A stretch of DNA of 64,000 bases from Eledone cirrhosa (lineage: Eukaryota): assembly GCA_964016885.1 (NCBI GenBank), contig OZ024740.1, forward strand, positions 387,252,001-387,316,000. Reading direction: 5' to 3'. The position numbers and the translations under genes are program-made. Below the pieces are notes generated by a model that ran no database searches, was not told the origin of the DNA, and saw nothing but the letters and a program-made list of their open reading frames with translations. This document shows, one piece after another, positions 27,806-40,560 of the stretch (positions are counted from its first letter, which is position 1; the number at the start of each line of letters is the position of its first letter).

Positions 27806-29392
27806 GTAAGTTGCTTTTGCTTTCTAATAAGAATGTAATTTTAAACAAACTGTCATGTGATAATGGAATACTTTAAGGAGTTGTGGTTATACTTTGCAAA
27901 CTATTTTGTCACAAGATGTAAATACATGGCTTACATAAACAAATATGTGTAGAGAATGAAAAAATGCACCCAGTACTCTCTGTAAAGTAGTTGGGGATAG
28001 GCATGATAACCAGTTGTAGAAACTATGCAAAAATGATATGGTATGGAAAATGGATATAAGATGATGATGAAGAATTTTACACAAAATATGTTTACTTTTT
28101 TATGTTTTTTTTTTGTTACAGTTTAATAAAGAAATAGATGGTAGATATTGGTTTGACATAGTAAGAATGTTTACATTCATCTGTTTGCAAATATATATAT
28201 ATATATATATTTAGTAGCATGAAAGAGATAGTTGTAAAAAATGACTAAAAGATACATTGTGGAGTTTTGTTCATAGATATACCAATATCATCATCATCAT
28301 CATCATCATCATCATTTAACGTCCATCTTCCACGTTAGCATGGGTTAAACATCTTGAGTTTCTGTATATTCCCTATACTTCTTTCTTCAGTGTAATAAAA
28401 ATAATACAAAACTCTTTCAATTCTCTCCAACCATATAATAATAACAATTTTTTTTCAAGTATCTTTGGTTCTTAACGTCTACCTTAGATCTAATAACAAT
28501 TTATTTAGTACATTTTTTAAAATCATCAATGACAAAATTATAATTTTCTAATTGATTGTTGTGAGCCATGAAATTAAAATGTTGCTACTAAAAATGTATT
28601 ACATCATCTTCTTTGTTGGTGTTATATGTAGATTTTCGGGGATCTCTTAAGTATACAAACTGCAATATTGGTCAAATGGTACAGAACTCACAGAGTCATT
28701 AAAGTGTCAGGAAGAATACTTTATGATGATTGTTCACTGCATTCCAACAAACCTGTTTTTGGACAATTTCTACTAAATCATTACAGGATGTTAAGAGTTA
28801 ATTGGTTTTTATTTTATCTTCTACAGTCATATTTAGTCCAACACCAGACAGTTTGTGTTGGTGTTGATTCAAGTGGTGTTGTGTGTGAGTTCAAATCTTA
28901 CCATGGTCAACTCTGCTTTAATAATAATGAAATTATTTGCATCCTTTGATTTGATAAATAAAATACTAGAGTCCAGATTGGTGAAATTTTTAAAGCATTT
29001 GGAAAGATACCTTGTGGTATCAACTGTTCCAGCTCTGCGTGTTCTAAGTTTAAATCTGTCTCTTGTCACTAGGAAGAAATGGTGACACTTAAGCCAGGAG
29101 TGATCAGCTGATAGTATCAGTAATAGTGAAGACTAATAAAAAATATGGTTTCCTTTGACTTAAAGGATTGGTAATCTTCTAATCAATCATCATTGTAGTT
29201 AATTGCTCGCAATATTTGATATCAGATCATGCCATACTATTAATGACTCTGAAGAAGAAACCTGCACTCCAGATAAAAATCATTTGAAGAAGCCCACTTA
29301 TGAATGAAAAAGAATAGAAGACTTAAATCTAATTTAGTTTTGTACTTTCATTTCAGCTTATGGTGATTTATGTTAAAACTTTTATTTTACAG

Positions 29393-29464
29393 GTGAAAGA
29401 GATTTAAAAAGTCGAATTCGGGAATTATTCCGGTTCCGAAAAAATGGGTTAATGACTTATGCAG
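29393..29464 (+). CDS. TADA2B: TADA2B exon 12 (Ada box 3)
   Basis: ttacag|ERDLKSRIRELFRFRKNGLMTYA|gttagt; matches E..L..RI.EL..YR.NG. Confidence 0.94.
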
Positions 29465-31066
29465 GTTAGTATATGTATAAAAGTTCAATGTAAAAATTCA
29501 AGAAAGGTGGTGGCTATCTTTGTCGGCAAGAATCAGTTCAATAAAGAGCAAAGAGTGGATGATATTTGTGTGCTATGAAGAGAAGGGAATTATAATATTA
29601 TTAATTTTCTTGTCTGTGATTTGATATATTTTTGTTGTCTATGTTGATACTTAGGAGTTTGTTATGCTAACGTTATCTTCTATGCAGCTAGTTAACTCTT
29701 AATGTCCTGCAGTACATGAAACCATATTTGCAAGACATTCTTTATAAAATGACTGTTTATCTCATTAAAAATTAACTTTACACTAATGCTGAAATTTTTC
29801 ACAATGATCTGTCCAGTACTAAAGATACTAAACATTTGAATTAATGAACCTATTTTCTGCTAAATTATTGCAAGATGTTGAGTTAATGTGTGTGTGTATG
29901 TGACAGCTCCCACCTTTGCAGGTTTAGCTGGCCTCCTCCAAGGTATATCTCGTTGGAGGTCTCTTGGGTAATTTAATGATAGGGACCCCAGTCCTATAAT
30001 CTCATTTCTACAGCTGAGTAAACTGGAGCAACGTGAAATAAAGTGTCTTGCTCAAGGAAACAACACATCACTCGGTCCGAGAATTGAACTCACAACCTTT
30101 CGATTGCAAGCCCAATTCTCTAACCACTAAGCCATGCGCCTTCACAATGTGTGTGCACACTGTGCCTTATTTAGTTTCCTCTGTCCTGAAAATGCTCCTC
30201 ATTATTTTTAACTTCTTTGACTTGAAAATAATTATTTTCTACTGTGAATGAAAGGTGGCCAATTTAATTAGTATTTGACTGCTAAACTGTATCCATGGCC
30301 ACGAAACTACTTGGAAATAGGGAGTGTGCATAAACTACAAATCATGCTTGTAATAAACAAAATCACTAATTAACCCTTTCATTATCATATTCATAACTAT
30401 TTGAATTCGTTAAGGAAGTACTTGGATGGATTTACTAAAATAATTAATTATTTCATTATTAAGATGGTATTTGTAATATAATTTAACAAAATATTCTTGT
30501 CAAATTGTGTTGGAAGATATAAATTTAAATAGAAGCCTTTAAAATAAGGCAGTTTGGGGTGGGTTGATATCAAAAGGATTAACAAATATCTTGTTAGACA
30601 GAAGGGCTAAGGTCAGGTTTTCCTATGGCCCCAAAGAAGTTAACAGGAAACCACTCCATTGAATGAAGGATTCATTTGAAAAATACTAGATCCCCTCAAT
30701 CAATTGTTAATTTTGTATTGTGAAGTAGCATTTTTATGCCATGTATCCTTTTAGTACATTTTAAATATTTTTAATGCAGCTAACAATTATGAAGAGGATA
30801 GTAGCAGTTATAGAAACAAGAACAACAGGCACAGTTAACTTTGAAGGATTCAATTGTTTCTTTTCTATCCTAATATTGCTTTCTTTCATATTTTAAATAC
30901 TAGAAACGCCATCCAATTTTACGTGGTTTTTAGTGATTTCTAAGTGATTATGTTTAGCACTTGTAAGCAAAATAAGTTTTGTCTAAAATTCTTTAATAAA
31001 TTTGTTTACTATATATAGTTATTTATATTTATATATATATGTGTTTGTTATGTTTTGCTTTTGCAG

Positions 31067-31131
31067 AAGTTCTAGTGTTTAAAAATAAAAAATATAAAAG
31101 AGATAGAAGAAAAAATAACAACAAACGACTG
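31067..31131 (+). CDS. TADA2B: TADA2B exon 13
   Basis: ttgcag|EVLVFKNKKYKRDRRKNNNKRL|gtgagt, phase 1 to 0. Confidence 0.85.
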
Positions 31132-31429
31132 GTGAGTAATATACTGTTCCTTTTTACCATCAGCCCCTCCATCGTCTTTCATTACTTGTCACATTCATTA
31201 TCATCATAATCATCAATTCCAATTAAAAAAGGTTTTTTTTTTAGCAAAACAAAAACAGGTACTTTTGACTCAAATTTTTATTAGTTTTTACATGGCTATA
31301 TTTGTATTTGAATTTGAATTAAAGCATTGTCTTAAACATTTTCTGTTTGTCTGGTTCTCTCACACACTTAATTTGTATATATCATAGTAGAGCATTTTTT
31401 TTTTCTTTCTAATATTTTTATTTCTACAG

Positions 31430-31478
31430 TTTCAGAAACAAAATAAAAGAGAGAGAATAGGGAAGCAAGGAAGAATTG
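31430..31478 (+). CDS. TADA2B: TADA2B candidate exon 14
   Basis: ctacag|FQKQNKRERIGKQGRI|gtaata (phase 1); alternative GC donor AGA|GCAAGT after 31486 (phase 0). Confidence 0.6.
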
Positions 31479-32460
31479 GTAATAGAGCAAGTTAATGTAG
31501 ATATTACTCATAAGCATAAGTTAAGCTGCAATATAGCCAGGAAAAAAAACTTTAGTTAAACTTTATGGCAACAAAATACATTGTAGTTAAGCACCCCCAC
31601 CCAATCTGCAGGATTTACTTATCCCTTTCAAATAACTTTAAAAGTAATAAAGAATTTGGAGGGATTTTGTAATATAACCTAATTCTCATTATTAGGCTGG
31701 TGATTGGAACATAGCCTAACAAAATTGTCTTAAACTGATGTATAAGGCTGAACTTGGAGGAAACTATAACAGATTAAAATGACTAGAATTACCTTATTTC
31801 AATCTATTACAAGTATTGTGTTATTTTTTAGATACATTATGATGTTATCATCATTATCATCATCATCGTTTAATGTCCATTTTCCATGCTAGCATGGGTA
31901 GGGCAGGCTGTCCCTTTGGGAGAGATCAGGTCGGAGGACCGTGTTTCACTCACACAGGGCTGATTTTGGCTTGGTCCTAATGCCAACCTCATTTACAGTG
32001 TGTGTTGGGTGCTTTTTGTTGTGACACCTATATGACCACTTCATAGCGTAGGCTGGGCACTTTTTGTTGTGACTCCTACACGACCACTTTACAGTGTGGG
32101 CTTGGCAAGAAGATAGCGTTAAGGTATAAAATGGTGAACTGTTATCCTTGTTGAAAGTATTTTTTAATGTAGTGTTACTGAATTAAAATTCTAGAGTTTT
32201 TTTTAATTTGATTAGTAGAAATATTCAATCTATCTCTATTTAATCAACTATGTGACACATTCAAGTATTAATATTTAACTGTTGAATTTATAGAGATAAA
32301 CGTTTTGAAATGACTTTCATTCACTTGTCTCTGCATTTTAATGTGTATGTGTTTCAGTTTACCAATTATCAATACTACCAGTGTGCTCTAGATATCTTGT
32401 GGTATCACTGATACCTGTAATGTCTGATCAAGAATTAACTCAATTTTTGTTTTTGTCTAG

Positions 32461-32510
32461 GACAGCCGTTTGCAGGAAGAAGGGGAATTAATGGCTTCCG
32501 AAGAACTAAA
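32461..32510 (+). CDS. TADA2B: TADA2B candidate exon 15 (open in two frames)
   Basis: gtctag|...|gtaagc; reads GQPFAGRRGINGFRRTK or DSRLQEEGELMASEELK. Confidence 0.6.
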
Positions 32511-33727
32511 GTAAGCTTTATTCAAACTTTTAATACTCTGTTGCATATAAGATACCTTATAATGAATATTTCCATTTAATAAATTTAACTAGGAATTACC
32601 AAGATAATTTAAAATACATTTCTACATATACTTAATGCTATTACCATAGTGTTAGAAATTTTAGGTTTCATACTTTAAGCAATTAATACTTATTGTACTG
32701 TCTTTTACACTGTACTTCATGAGGATTCCCTATAACTTATAGAATTGAGATTTGATTGTGTGAAGTTTTACTGTTTCAAAAATAACTTATTTAGCAAGTT
32801 ATCAAATGATTTATATTTGAAATGCATAGGCCTTTTAATAAGTGTGATTGTTAGGTTTTGCATTCTTGTGTTTATTAGAGTTTTAATTACAAAATCTGTT
32901 GGAAATGAAATAAAATAAAAAGTTTAATTGCTGTATCTATGGTGACTTAAACTGTACACAGAGGGAACAAAACCCTATTTAAATGATTTCTGTGTCAATA
33001 AAAATGTCATTCAGTGTGACTGCAATATACACAAGGAAGTTTCAAATGAAAATGATGTAGTAGGTATTTGCTGTAAATTTTGTGGTATAAACTGACTGTT
33101 TAGGAATTATAGGTATCACCAGCTGCTGTCCATAGAGATAACATACATATATGGAGGATTGAAGTGAAAAACTGGTTATGATTTGGAAGTTTGTTACTAT
33201 TGATAGGCTAAGTAAAGAAATATTTGAGATGTGACCTCTTTGGCAAACCTCAATCAGAGCTGGCAAAAAGATATTTAAAAAAAATTTAACTAGAGATTGT
33301 AATATTTGTGTGGTATTGCCAACGTTGAGTCATCTCACCATTGTCAACTTGGTGCATCTAAATTGAAGCATTGAGGATGAATATATACCTAACTTCATGC
33401 ATAACGAAGGTTGGTAATGATACATCTTGATATATGTTTCTTTAATAATGTATAATAGTAATATAATACATTCATTAAAATATATCTAAATTTGCAGTAT
33501 TTGATTGTTAGTAAGCCGGAATATGATCAGGGCAGCGAGTAGCACAAAAGCCATACATTTAAACTGAATTAGTTGAAGTTTTAACTGAGATATATTTCAA
33601 CAAAATTATTTCCTAACATCCTTGGTAATTAATAGTAAAATATTAAAATTTAAATGGGTTGTTTTTAAGATTTTTGTCCTTTCATAGTAAATTTCATACT
33701 AGAATAAAATTTACTTATCTTTTTCAG

Positions 33728-33759
33728 AGAAAACTTAGATTTACAAGGAAAAGAACCCG
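33728..33759 (+). CDS. TADA2B: TADA2B candidate exon 16 (open in two frames)
   Basis: tttcag|...|gtaagt; reads RKLRFTRKRTR or ENLDLQGKEP. Confidence 0.55.
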
Positions 33760-33920
33760 GTAAGTAAAATTTGTAGATTTGTTTATTTGAAGTGTCATCA
33801 TTGATAACATATCATCACCATTATCATCCTTTTTCATCCATTTTTCCATGCTTGCGTAGATTGATATTTATATTGTAGTTTTAGTTCTTGAACTCAATAT
33901 TTTCACAATTGTATTTGCAG

Positions 33921-34004
33921 GCGGAAAATATGATATTTTCTATTTAGTTACAAGGAAACTGGCAGCTGTTTTTTGCATGAAGCATTTCCTAAAACAAATG
34001 ACAG
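33921..34004 (+). CDS. TADA2B: TADA2B candidate exon 17
   Basis: ttgcag|...ACAG|gtaagg; the basic frame stops at TGA 33931-33933, the other frame stays open (GGKYDIFYLVTRKLAAVFCMKHFLKQMT). Confidence 0.45.
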
Positions 34005-34970
34005 GTAAGGTTTATATCATCATTTCATTCATCATCATCATCATTTCATTTTACGTCCACTTTTTCCCTGCTTGCAAGGGTGGGACGGGAACATATATAT
34101 ATATATTTAAAGTTTAGTCAAGGAGGGAAGGACAGTGTCCATGGCTCTTTTTAGGGCTTTTAAGACTAGTATCAATATTAGAAATTATAATTTGACAGCT
34201 GATTTCACCTTTCATCTCCCGAATAAAAGTAGTGACTTAATGGATTATACATACCCCTTCCTTATAAATCTAAAAATCTGTTATGCTAGTTGTACAGTTG
34301 AAGAAATGATATAGGACATCAAATGATGAAATGCCTAACTTTATTTAATTTTGTCCTGTTCTAAGTTCAGGTAGTCTCATTGTCATCTTTCTTGAATCTA
34401 ATTGTACCTCAATATTTCTAGCCTTTTGCCTTTCAAAGAAATTATTAAGAGGCAGTAAGGCACTAGGCATAATATAATGCCTTGTCATATTTAGTCAAGT
34501 CCTTTTAACCCTTTAGCAATTAAACCAGCCATATCCGGCTAGAATTCTCTCACCTTTTTCTGTTCAAACCGGCTGTAACCAGCCACTCATACTGATGTTA
34601 AGATATTGTTCTCAAAATAAATAATATTAAAATCTCATAGATTCAATATTATGTGGGATAATTATATGAGATAAACCCTTTATCATGAAAATATAATAGT
34701 AAATATAGTTATATATAAATGCTAAAGGGTTAAGAGGCAAGTGATGGTAGAAGCAGTAGGGTAGAAGAGAACATCATGCCTTGCAGTATTTGTTACATCC
34801 CTTTACATTCTGCAAGGGTCACTGTTGCCTTGCGTTGCTGTAAAATAGAATATGGACAAGTGTCAAGTTCTGAGGTCAATTTAATCAATATATCCCTTTC
34901 TCCCAAATCTTGTATGAATGGTAGAAATATTGTTATTGTTTTATTTTATGTTATTTATTTTTTCTTGTAG

Positions 34971-35017
34971 GTTTATCTATGGCCGCAGCCTCTCTAATCA
35001 ATCACAGTATGGCTTGA
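34971..35017 (+). CDS. TADA2B: TADA2B candidate terminal exon (coding part, or purely 3' UTR)
   Basis: Strong acceptor ttttttcttgtag|; GLSMAAASLINHSMA* if entered in phase 1. Confidence 0.35.
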
Positions 35018-36119
35018 ATGATGACAGCCTCGTCAACTGAACTATTCCTCGTTACTGAGATTGTTTTATTGTTGTACCTCTGCTACAGAAAAGCTACCAT
35101 TGCTGACTGTGGAGTGTTTCATTTCACTTTTCTATGGAACTGTGTAAAGCAATGCCATTGGTGTGCTGCAGAGAAACAACAGCAAACGTTTCTGCTACAC
35201 TGCTCAACAACTGGAAGGAGGCAGTTGAAGGTGCATTGTAACAGGTCTGGTCAAGGCTAGCTCCATAATGACAACTGGGAGTGTTCATAGTCTTCTTGAC
35301 TGTATCTGCTTGAGGAAGAAGGGGAGGGAGTCCTTTCCCCTCCTCATCCTTCACACAACTGGATAGGCTGATACGACTGTTGTAATGGGTATTTTGCTTG
35401 ATCAAAGTCAGGCAGGACCATGGCTACTGTCACAGCAACTACCAGAATTACCGACAGTCTGCGATATCTGGTCTGTAATCGCAGATCAAGCCTGATTAAG
35501 CAAACCTATGATCAAAAGCATTCCAGCCTTGACTATTGTCCTTATTTCAGATATACTGTATCTAAAACTACATTATTTAATATGTCCTTCCTTTTTTTAA
35601 GACAGCAACATATAATTTAAAAGATGCTTGACTGTTATTTCTAACAGTTTGAGCAACCACTTAGAAGCTCCTTCTTTCATTGGTTCACTGGTATAAGATC
35701 CTAATTTCTTTTTCTTTTCTAAGTGCTAAAGTTAAACATCTTTATGATGGTGATTCGTTCATTCCATGTATTGATTTTGACAACTATCAGGCTCCTCAGA
35801 TCATTTCTACTAATAATAACTGAATGTAGGCTGAGGGGCCATATATATTAGAGAAATGTTGAAATGGAAGTATAAGCTGGTCACCCATACATTAAGTTTA
35901 GGTCACCACTGCTCAAGGGATGATTGGAGAGCTCTGATTTCCATACGATTAATGATTACTCATCTTAAAATTCCTTTAGACAACTTGTGATCCAAATTAA
36001 CTCAGGAGGCTGAAATACTTTAAGAACAGTCTCACTGGTGTGTGTTCCAAGTATTTCAAACTCAGTTGAGTGTTGGGATTCTGAGCACATTTTTGCCCTA
36101 CACTCAAAAATTTAGCTGT

Positions 36120-37560
36120 TCAGAGATTTGGTTTGTTAACTCCTACAAATAGATATGACTAATAAACAATCTTTTTTTCTCTAGCAATAACCAACCATAA
36201 TTTTATCCAATAAATACTCAGTAAAGAAGCAGATAAGTTGGTTTATACATCCACCTCTATGCTGCCGAGGTTGTTATTTTTTGAGGAAGTATATTAATTT
36301 GTCATACCTTTATAACTGTAGTAATCCCATCCCTTATCACTCCAGCTTTGTAATGAACTTAAATTTGGATCTAAGGTGTCAATTTACCATCTGAACCTCT
36401 TGCAAAGACTATCCAATCATTTGGCTGGGATGAAAACTTTATCCAGTGTTTGTTGTGTTATTTTCTCTAAAAAGAAGTTAGTTGGCTGAACAAGATACCA
36501 CCAGTTATTCAAGTATTGATTTATACTATAAATACAATCATAGAAACTTAAAAATTTTCTAGAACCCATAATCCTAAAAATATTATCTTTTGTATATTGA
36601 GCAATCAAATTATGTCAGGTTCATGTTACTCTAACTAGTCCTATTTTAATTTTTATTATTTAGAGGTTTCAATGATTCTGCTATATTCTTTGCAGTTTGC
36701 CAGAGTCGTGTCAAGAAGGTGAATTTGCAAAAGTATCTTTATTTAAAGTTCATCTTTTAAGACCGCCACATATATTTTATCTTCCAGGTCAACTTCATCT
36801 CTATCCATCTTATCAATAATTTCCTTAATTGTTGATATTGGTTCATATAAATATTTCACCAACACTTGATTGCTCAATGTTTTATCAAATTGAGGTAATC
36901 TTTTGTCATAGAGTCTTCAATATATGATTGAATCATATTCTCTGAACCAAGAGCTAAACCAAGGAGAGATCTTATATTAAATTTGCCATATCAACAAAAT
37001 GGTCAAACTCAAAGTTTTGTTTGACACAGGCGAACATATCAGCATTCCACACTCCTTTCCAGTTTCAGGCCATGTATCATTTAAAATCACTTTTAGAACA
37101 ATATGGTTAACTTCATCTGTAGTACTTACTGATGGCCAGCGTTGTCTTTTGTGATTCTCACAACAAATTGTAAGAACAAAGTTTTCTCAGGGTGTTGTAC
37201 TTCATCTATACAAACCGAGTAAAGAAAACAAATCATTGATAAAATTGTATGAGCTGGTGGGAAATCCATGGGATTTCCATATTTTAGGAGTTTCTAAACA
37301 AGCAAGAGTTCTTTTCTTAAATGTCTGAACAGTCTTGGAATGACTAACAGCTGACTTTCTCAGTCATATATGTAGAAAAGTTGTGATTTTCAACTTTTTG
37401 AGGATAGATGCAATCTAAAGTGGTGGGATTATGTTAAATATATTTGTACAGTCATTTCCTAGTGTGTGGATGTCTTGCTTTCCTTTGTCTAAGTATTCAA
37501 ACTCTTGCCAGGATATTTGTTCGGAAGCAATGTGTGAGAAAAGATTATTTAAAAACATTG
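36120..37560 (-). pseudogene. Endogenous viral element: decayed L (RdRp) gene of a non-segmented negative-strand RNA virus (Mononegavirales/Jingchuvirales-like)
   Basis: Hand translation across stops and frameshifts gives, in the expected order: LGNDCTNIFNIIPPL*IASIL; LFSLLGLYR*; HKRQRWPSV...ILNDTWPET; KQNFEFDHFVDMANLI*DLS; WFREYD...VLVKYL...IKEIIDKM...EDKIYVAVLKDEL*IK; RYFCKFTFLTRLWQTAKNIAES; NMNLT*F; HRGG; YLFVGVN. Edges uncertain (may span ~35700-37850). Confidence 0.85.
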
Positions 37561-39413
37561 TATCATCTTCATCATGATCATTTAACATCTGTTTTCCCTG
37601 CTAGCAACTATTTTTGTTTTTCTACTCAAATACTGAATGCCAATTAGATTCCCATAAAAACAAGGAGATAGGTGTTTTAGCTTCTTGATATATTTCAGTT
37701 GATCCCATAACCTTCTCAATTCGATAGAGCTTGCATTTACAATTATACAAAATTTGAATGGTCTAATTGAGGATGCAAGTATCTGGTACATTATTACTAA
37801 CTTGTGAATCAGTATTTCTTGTATATGCGGTTCTGGTTTTGTCCTGATAGATACACACATCCATATATACAAGCCCACACACCAAAATTACCAACTGAGA
37901 TGCCAGACAAATCTAAGATGAGCTACCTCTTCACTGACTTGGCAAATATCTTGTAGCTCATCTGCTAAAAATAGCAATTTAAGCTCCCTCAAATCACACC
38001 TTACTGTCTTAAAATAAGGAAGGATACATTGGATAATATAGTCCTAGATACACCATTCCTGGGGAAAATTTTTGGTAGTCTTAGCTGGAATGTCTTTGGC
38101 CATAAGTTTGCTCATTCAGTGAGAGCTGACTTATTGCTACACAACTATAAATGCTGACTGCTAGACTAAGGGGCCACTGCCATGACATCAAACAACTGGA
38201 AGTATTGTGACAGTCTGTTCTGTTTGGTGCTGGGCTGTCGTGCTCTCCTCTCCTTGTATGGTGCAGTCAGGGCTATACCACAACAACAACTGAACATGTT
38301 AACAATTAAGAGATTCAACTATTGTTCTCATACTTGCCTCTTTATCTCCCATTTTCCCCCTTGACTATATTTTTGTCATCATCCCAATTCTGTCTGCCTC
38401 TTTCTCTTCCTTTATTTGACTTTTAATTCTATTTTCCCTCTCTCTTGTACCATCCTTCTTTAATTTTCTTTCACTCCCCTTCTTTCCCTTCATTCTCTCT
38501 CTCTTCTACCTTCTCTTTCTCATAACAGTTACTGCTGTTGGTTGTGACTTTTAAACCTTACTGAGACACTGTGGAAATTTTGGATAAACCAATGTACATA
38601 AATTATTTACTTCAGTGAAGTTACCACTTGATGGGTGAAAGCCTGTTAGTCTGATATAGTGTATGTACCACACAATGAATGTTAGTGTATGTAAGCATTG
38701 ATGTACATTTAGGAGAGTGTGTAATATAGTTTTCATCTTTTCTTTTTCACATCACTCATTTATTGCTACTCACAAGCAATAACTTTATTTATTGACTTAA
38801 TTCTTTATAAAACTGCAAATTTATATCTGTTGCAAAAGCTGTTACTTTATAAGGCTTTCAATTAAAACCACAAGTTATTACAAAAAAAAATTCAATAAAA
38901 TAAAAATAACAACTACAACAACAAAAAATGCAAGGTCTTTTAATAACTATATCTGCGTGGCTTTTCATCCTTGTTTTTCTTTTGTTTGTTTATGTTTATA
39001 TATATATACTCCACTCTTTTATTGGTTTCAGTCATTAGACTGCAGTTATGCTGAGACAAAGTCTGGTATTTATTTTATTGATCTCCTTTTGTTGAACCAC
39101 TAAATTGCAGGATAATAAACAAGCGCAGACACAGACAGATGGACACATAAATTTGTATACACAACAGACTTGTCTGCCAAATTTCAATTACAAGTCATTA
39201 ATCAACCTGAGACCGTAGTAGAAGACACTTACCCAAAGTGCCATGCAGTGGGATGGAACATGAAACCCTGTAGTTGCAATGTGAACTCCTTAACTACACA
39301 GCCATTTAATATACATATGTATATATACAGTTGATAATTCTTTTTCTGAAATCTAAAAGCTGAGATATTTTCAAATTTTACAGATAATTAAACGATAATG
39401 ATAAAATGTATAT

Positions 39414-39720
39414 TGGCTTAGTGGTTAGAGCATTGGCCTTGCAATCGAAAGGTTGTGAGTTCAATTCTCAGACTGTGTGATGTGTTTATTTCACATTGCT
39501 CCAGTTTACTCAGCTGTAGAAATGAGATGATAGGGACTGGGGTCCCTATCATCCCACTGCAAAGTGGTTGTGGAGGTGCCTCGGCAAAAAAGCACCCAGC
39601 ACTCACTGTAAATGAGGTTGGTGTTAGGAATAGGTATTCAGCTGTAGAAATCAAGCCAGAATCAGTTCCCGTCCCACCGTTGCAAGTATGGACAAGCGGA
39701 CGTAAAATGATGGTGATGAG
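39414..39720 (+). mobile_element. Same CORE-SINE family
   Basis: Near-identical to 17394-17720. Confidence 0.9.
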
Positions 39721-40371
39721 ACAGAAGGAGAGTTGGCAGAATATTAAACAAAATACATTGTGGATTTTGGTTACATTCTGACATCAAATTCTACTTGAGT
39801 AAGTTATACAGTTCATCCTTACAATGTTATATAATCAACTGTTCTCTTCCAAGATAGTCACAGCCCAAATAATGTTAATATAATCTAAACAACAATGAGT
39901 GTTCCTGTTCATACGATCAATGGAACAGCCTGATCATGAAATTAACGTGTACCCTTAATGTAGTTCTTGGAGATTCAGCATGACAATATGACAAGGTTGG
40001 CTCATCTAATTACAACTACAACTCAATTTTGCCAACTGAGTGGACTGGATCAATGTGAAATTGTCTTGCTCAAGGACACTGCTGAGAATTGACCCTGCAT
40101 TTTCACAATTTTAATAATAGAGGTACAAAATGACAGTTGATGGTTAAGCAAGGTACATAACTCTGCTTTAGTTTGCAAGTTCTTGTCTATTGTCGTTTGG
40201 TTAGCAGTTTAAGTGACAGTTGCTCCAACAAAAAATTGACGCAAGTCTTGGATATAAAGCAGTAAAAGAAAAATAACAAAAATCTGTTATACTTCATTGT
40301 CTTCTATTTGATCCTCCAGTAATGCACTGGGTAATTGCTGGCCTTGTGCCTAAAGTAGAAACAATTATTTT

Positions 40372-40560
40372 TGGGGATTGGCAGTATTGGTAGAGGGTCG
40401 GACGCCATGCTTTGATGCATAGAGTTACGGCCCTTGCCATTCTGAGTTCAAATCCCGCTGAGGTTAACTTTGCTTTTCATCCTTACAGGGTCGATAAAAT
40501 AAAGTACCAGTAATACACTGGGTAATTGCTGGCCTTGTGCCTAAAGTAGAAACAATTATT
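40372..40560 (+). mobile_element. Second tRNA-like SINE family with Meta-like central domain (copies at 44402-44613 -, 43870-44005 -, 45390-45530 -, 48675-48845 -, 54475-54590 -)
   Basis: gagttcaaatccc B box followed by tttcatcctt..ggtcgataaaataaagtaccag, recurring many times in the window. Confidence 0.75.

Noticed and set aside
35017-35062. SECIS-like ATGA..AA..TGA after a TGA stop
   Set aside because: Helix II does not pair convincingly, it is too close to the stop codon, and TADA2B is not a known selenoprotein.
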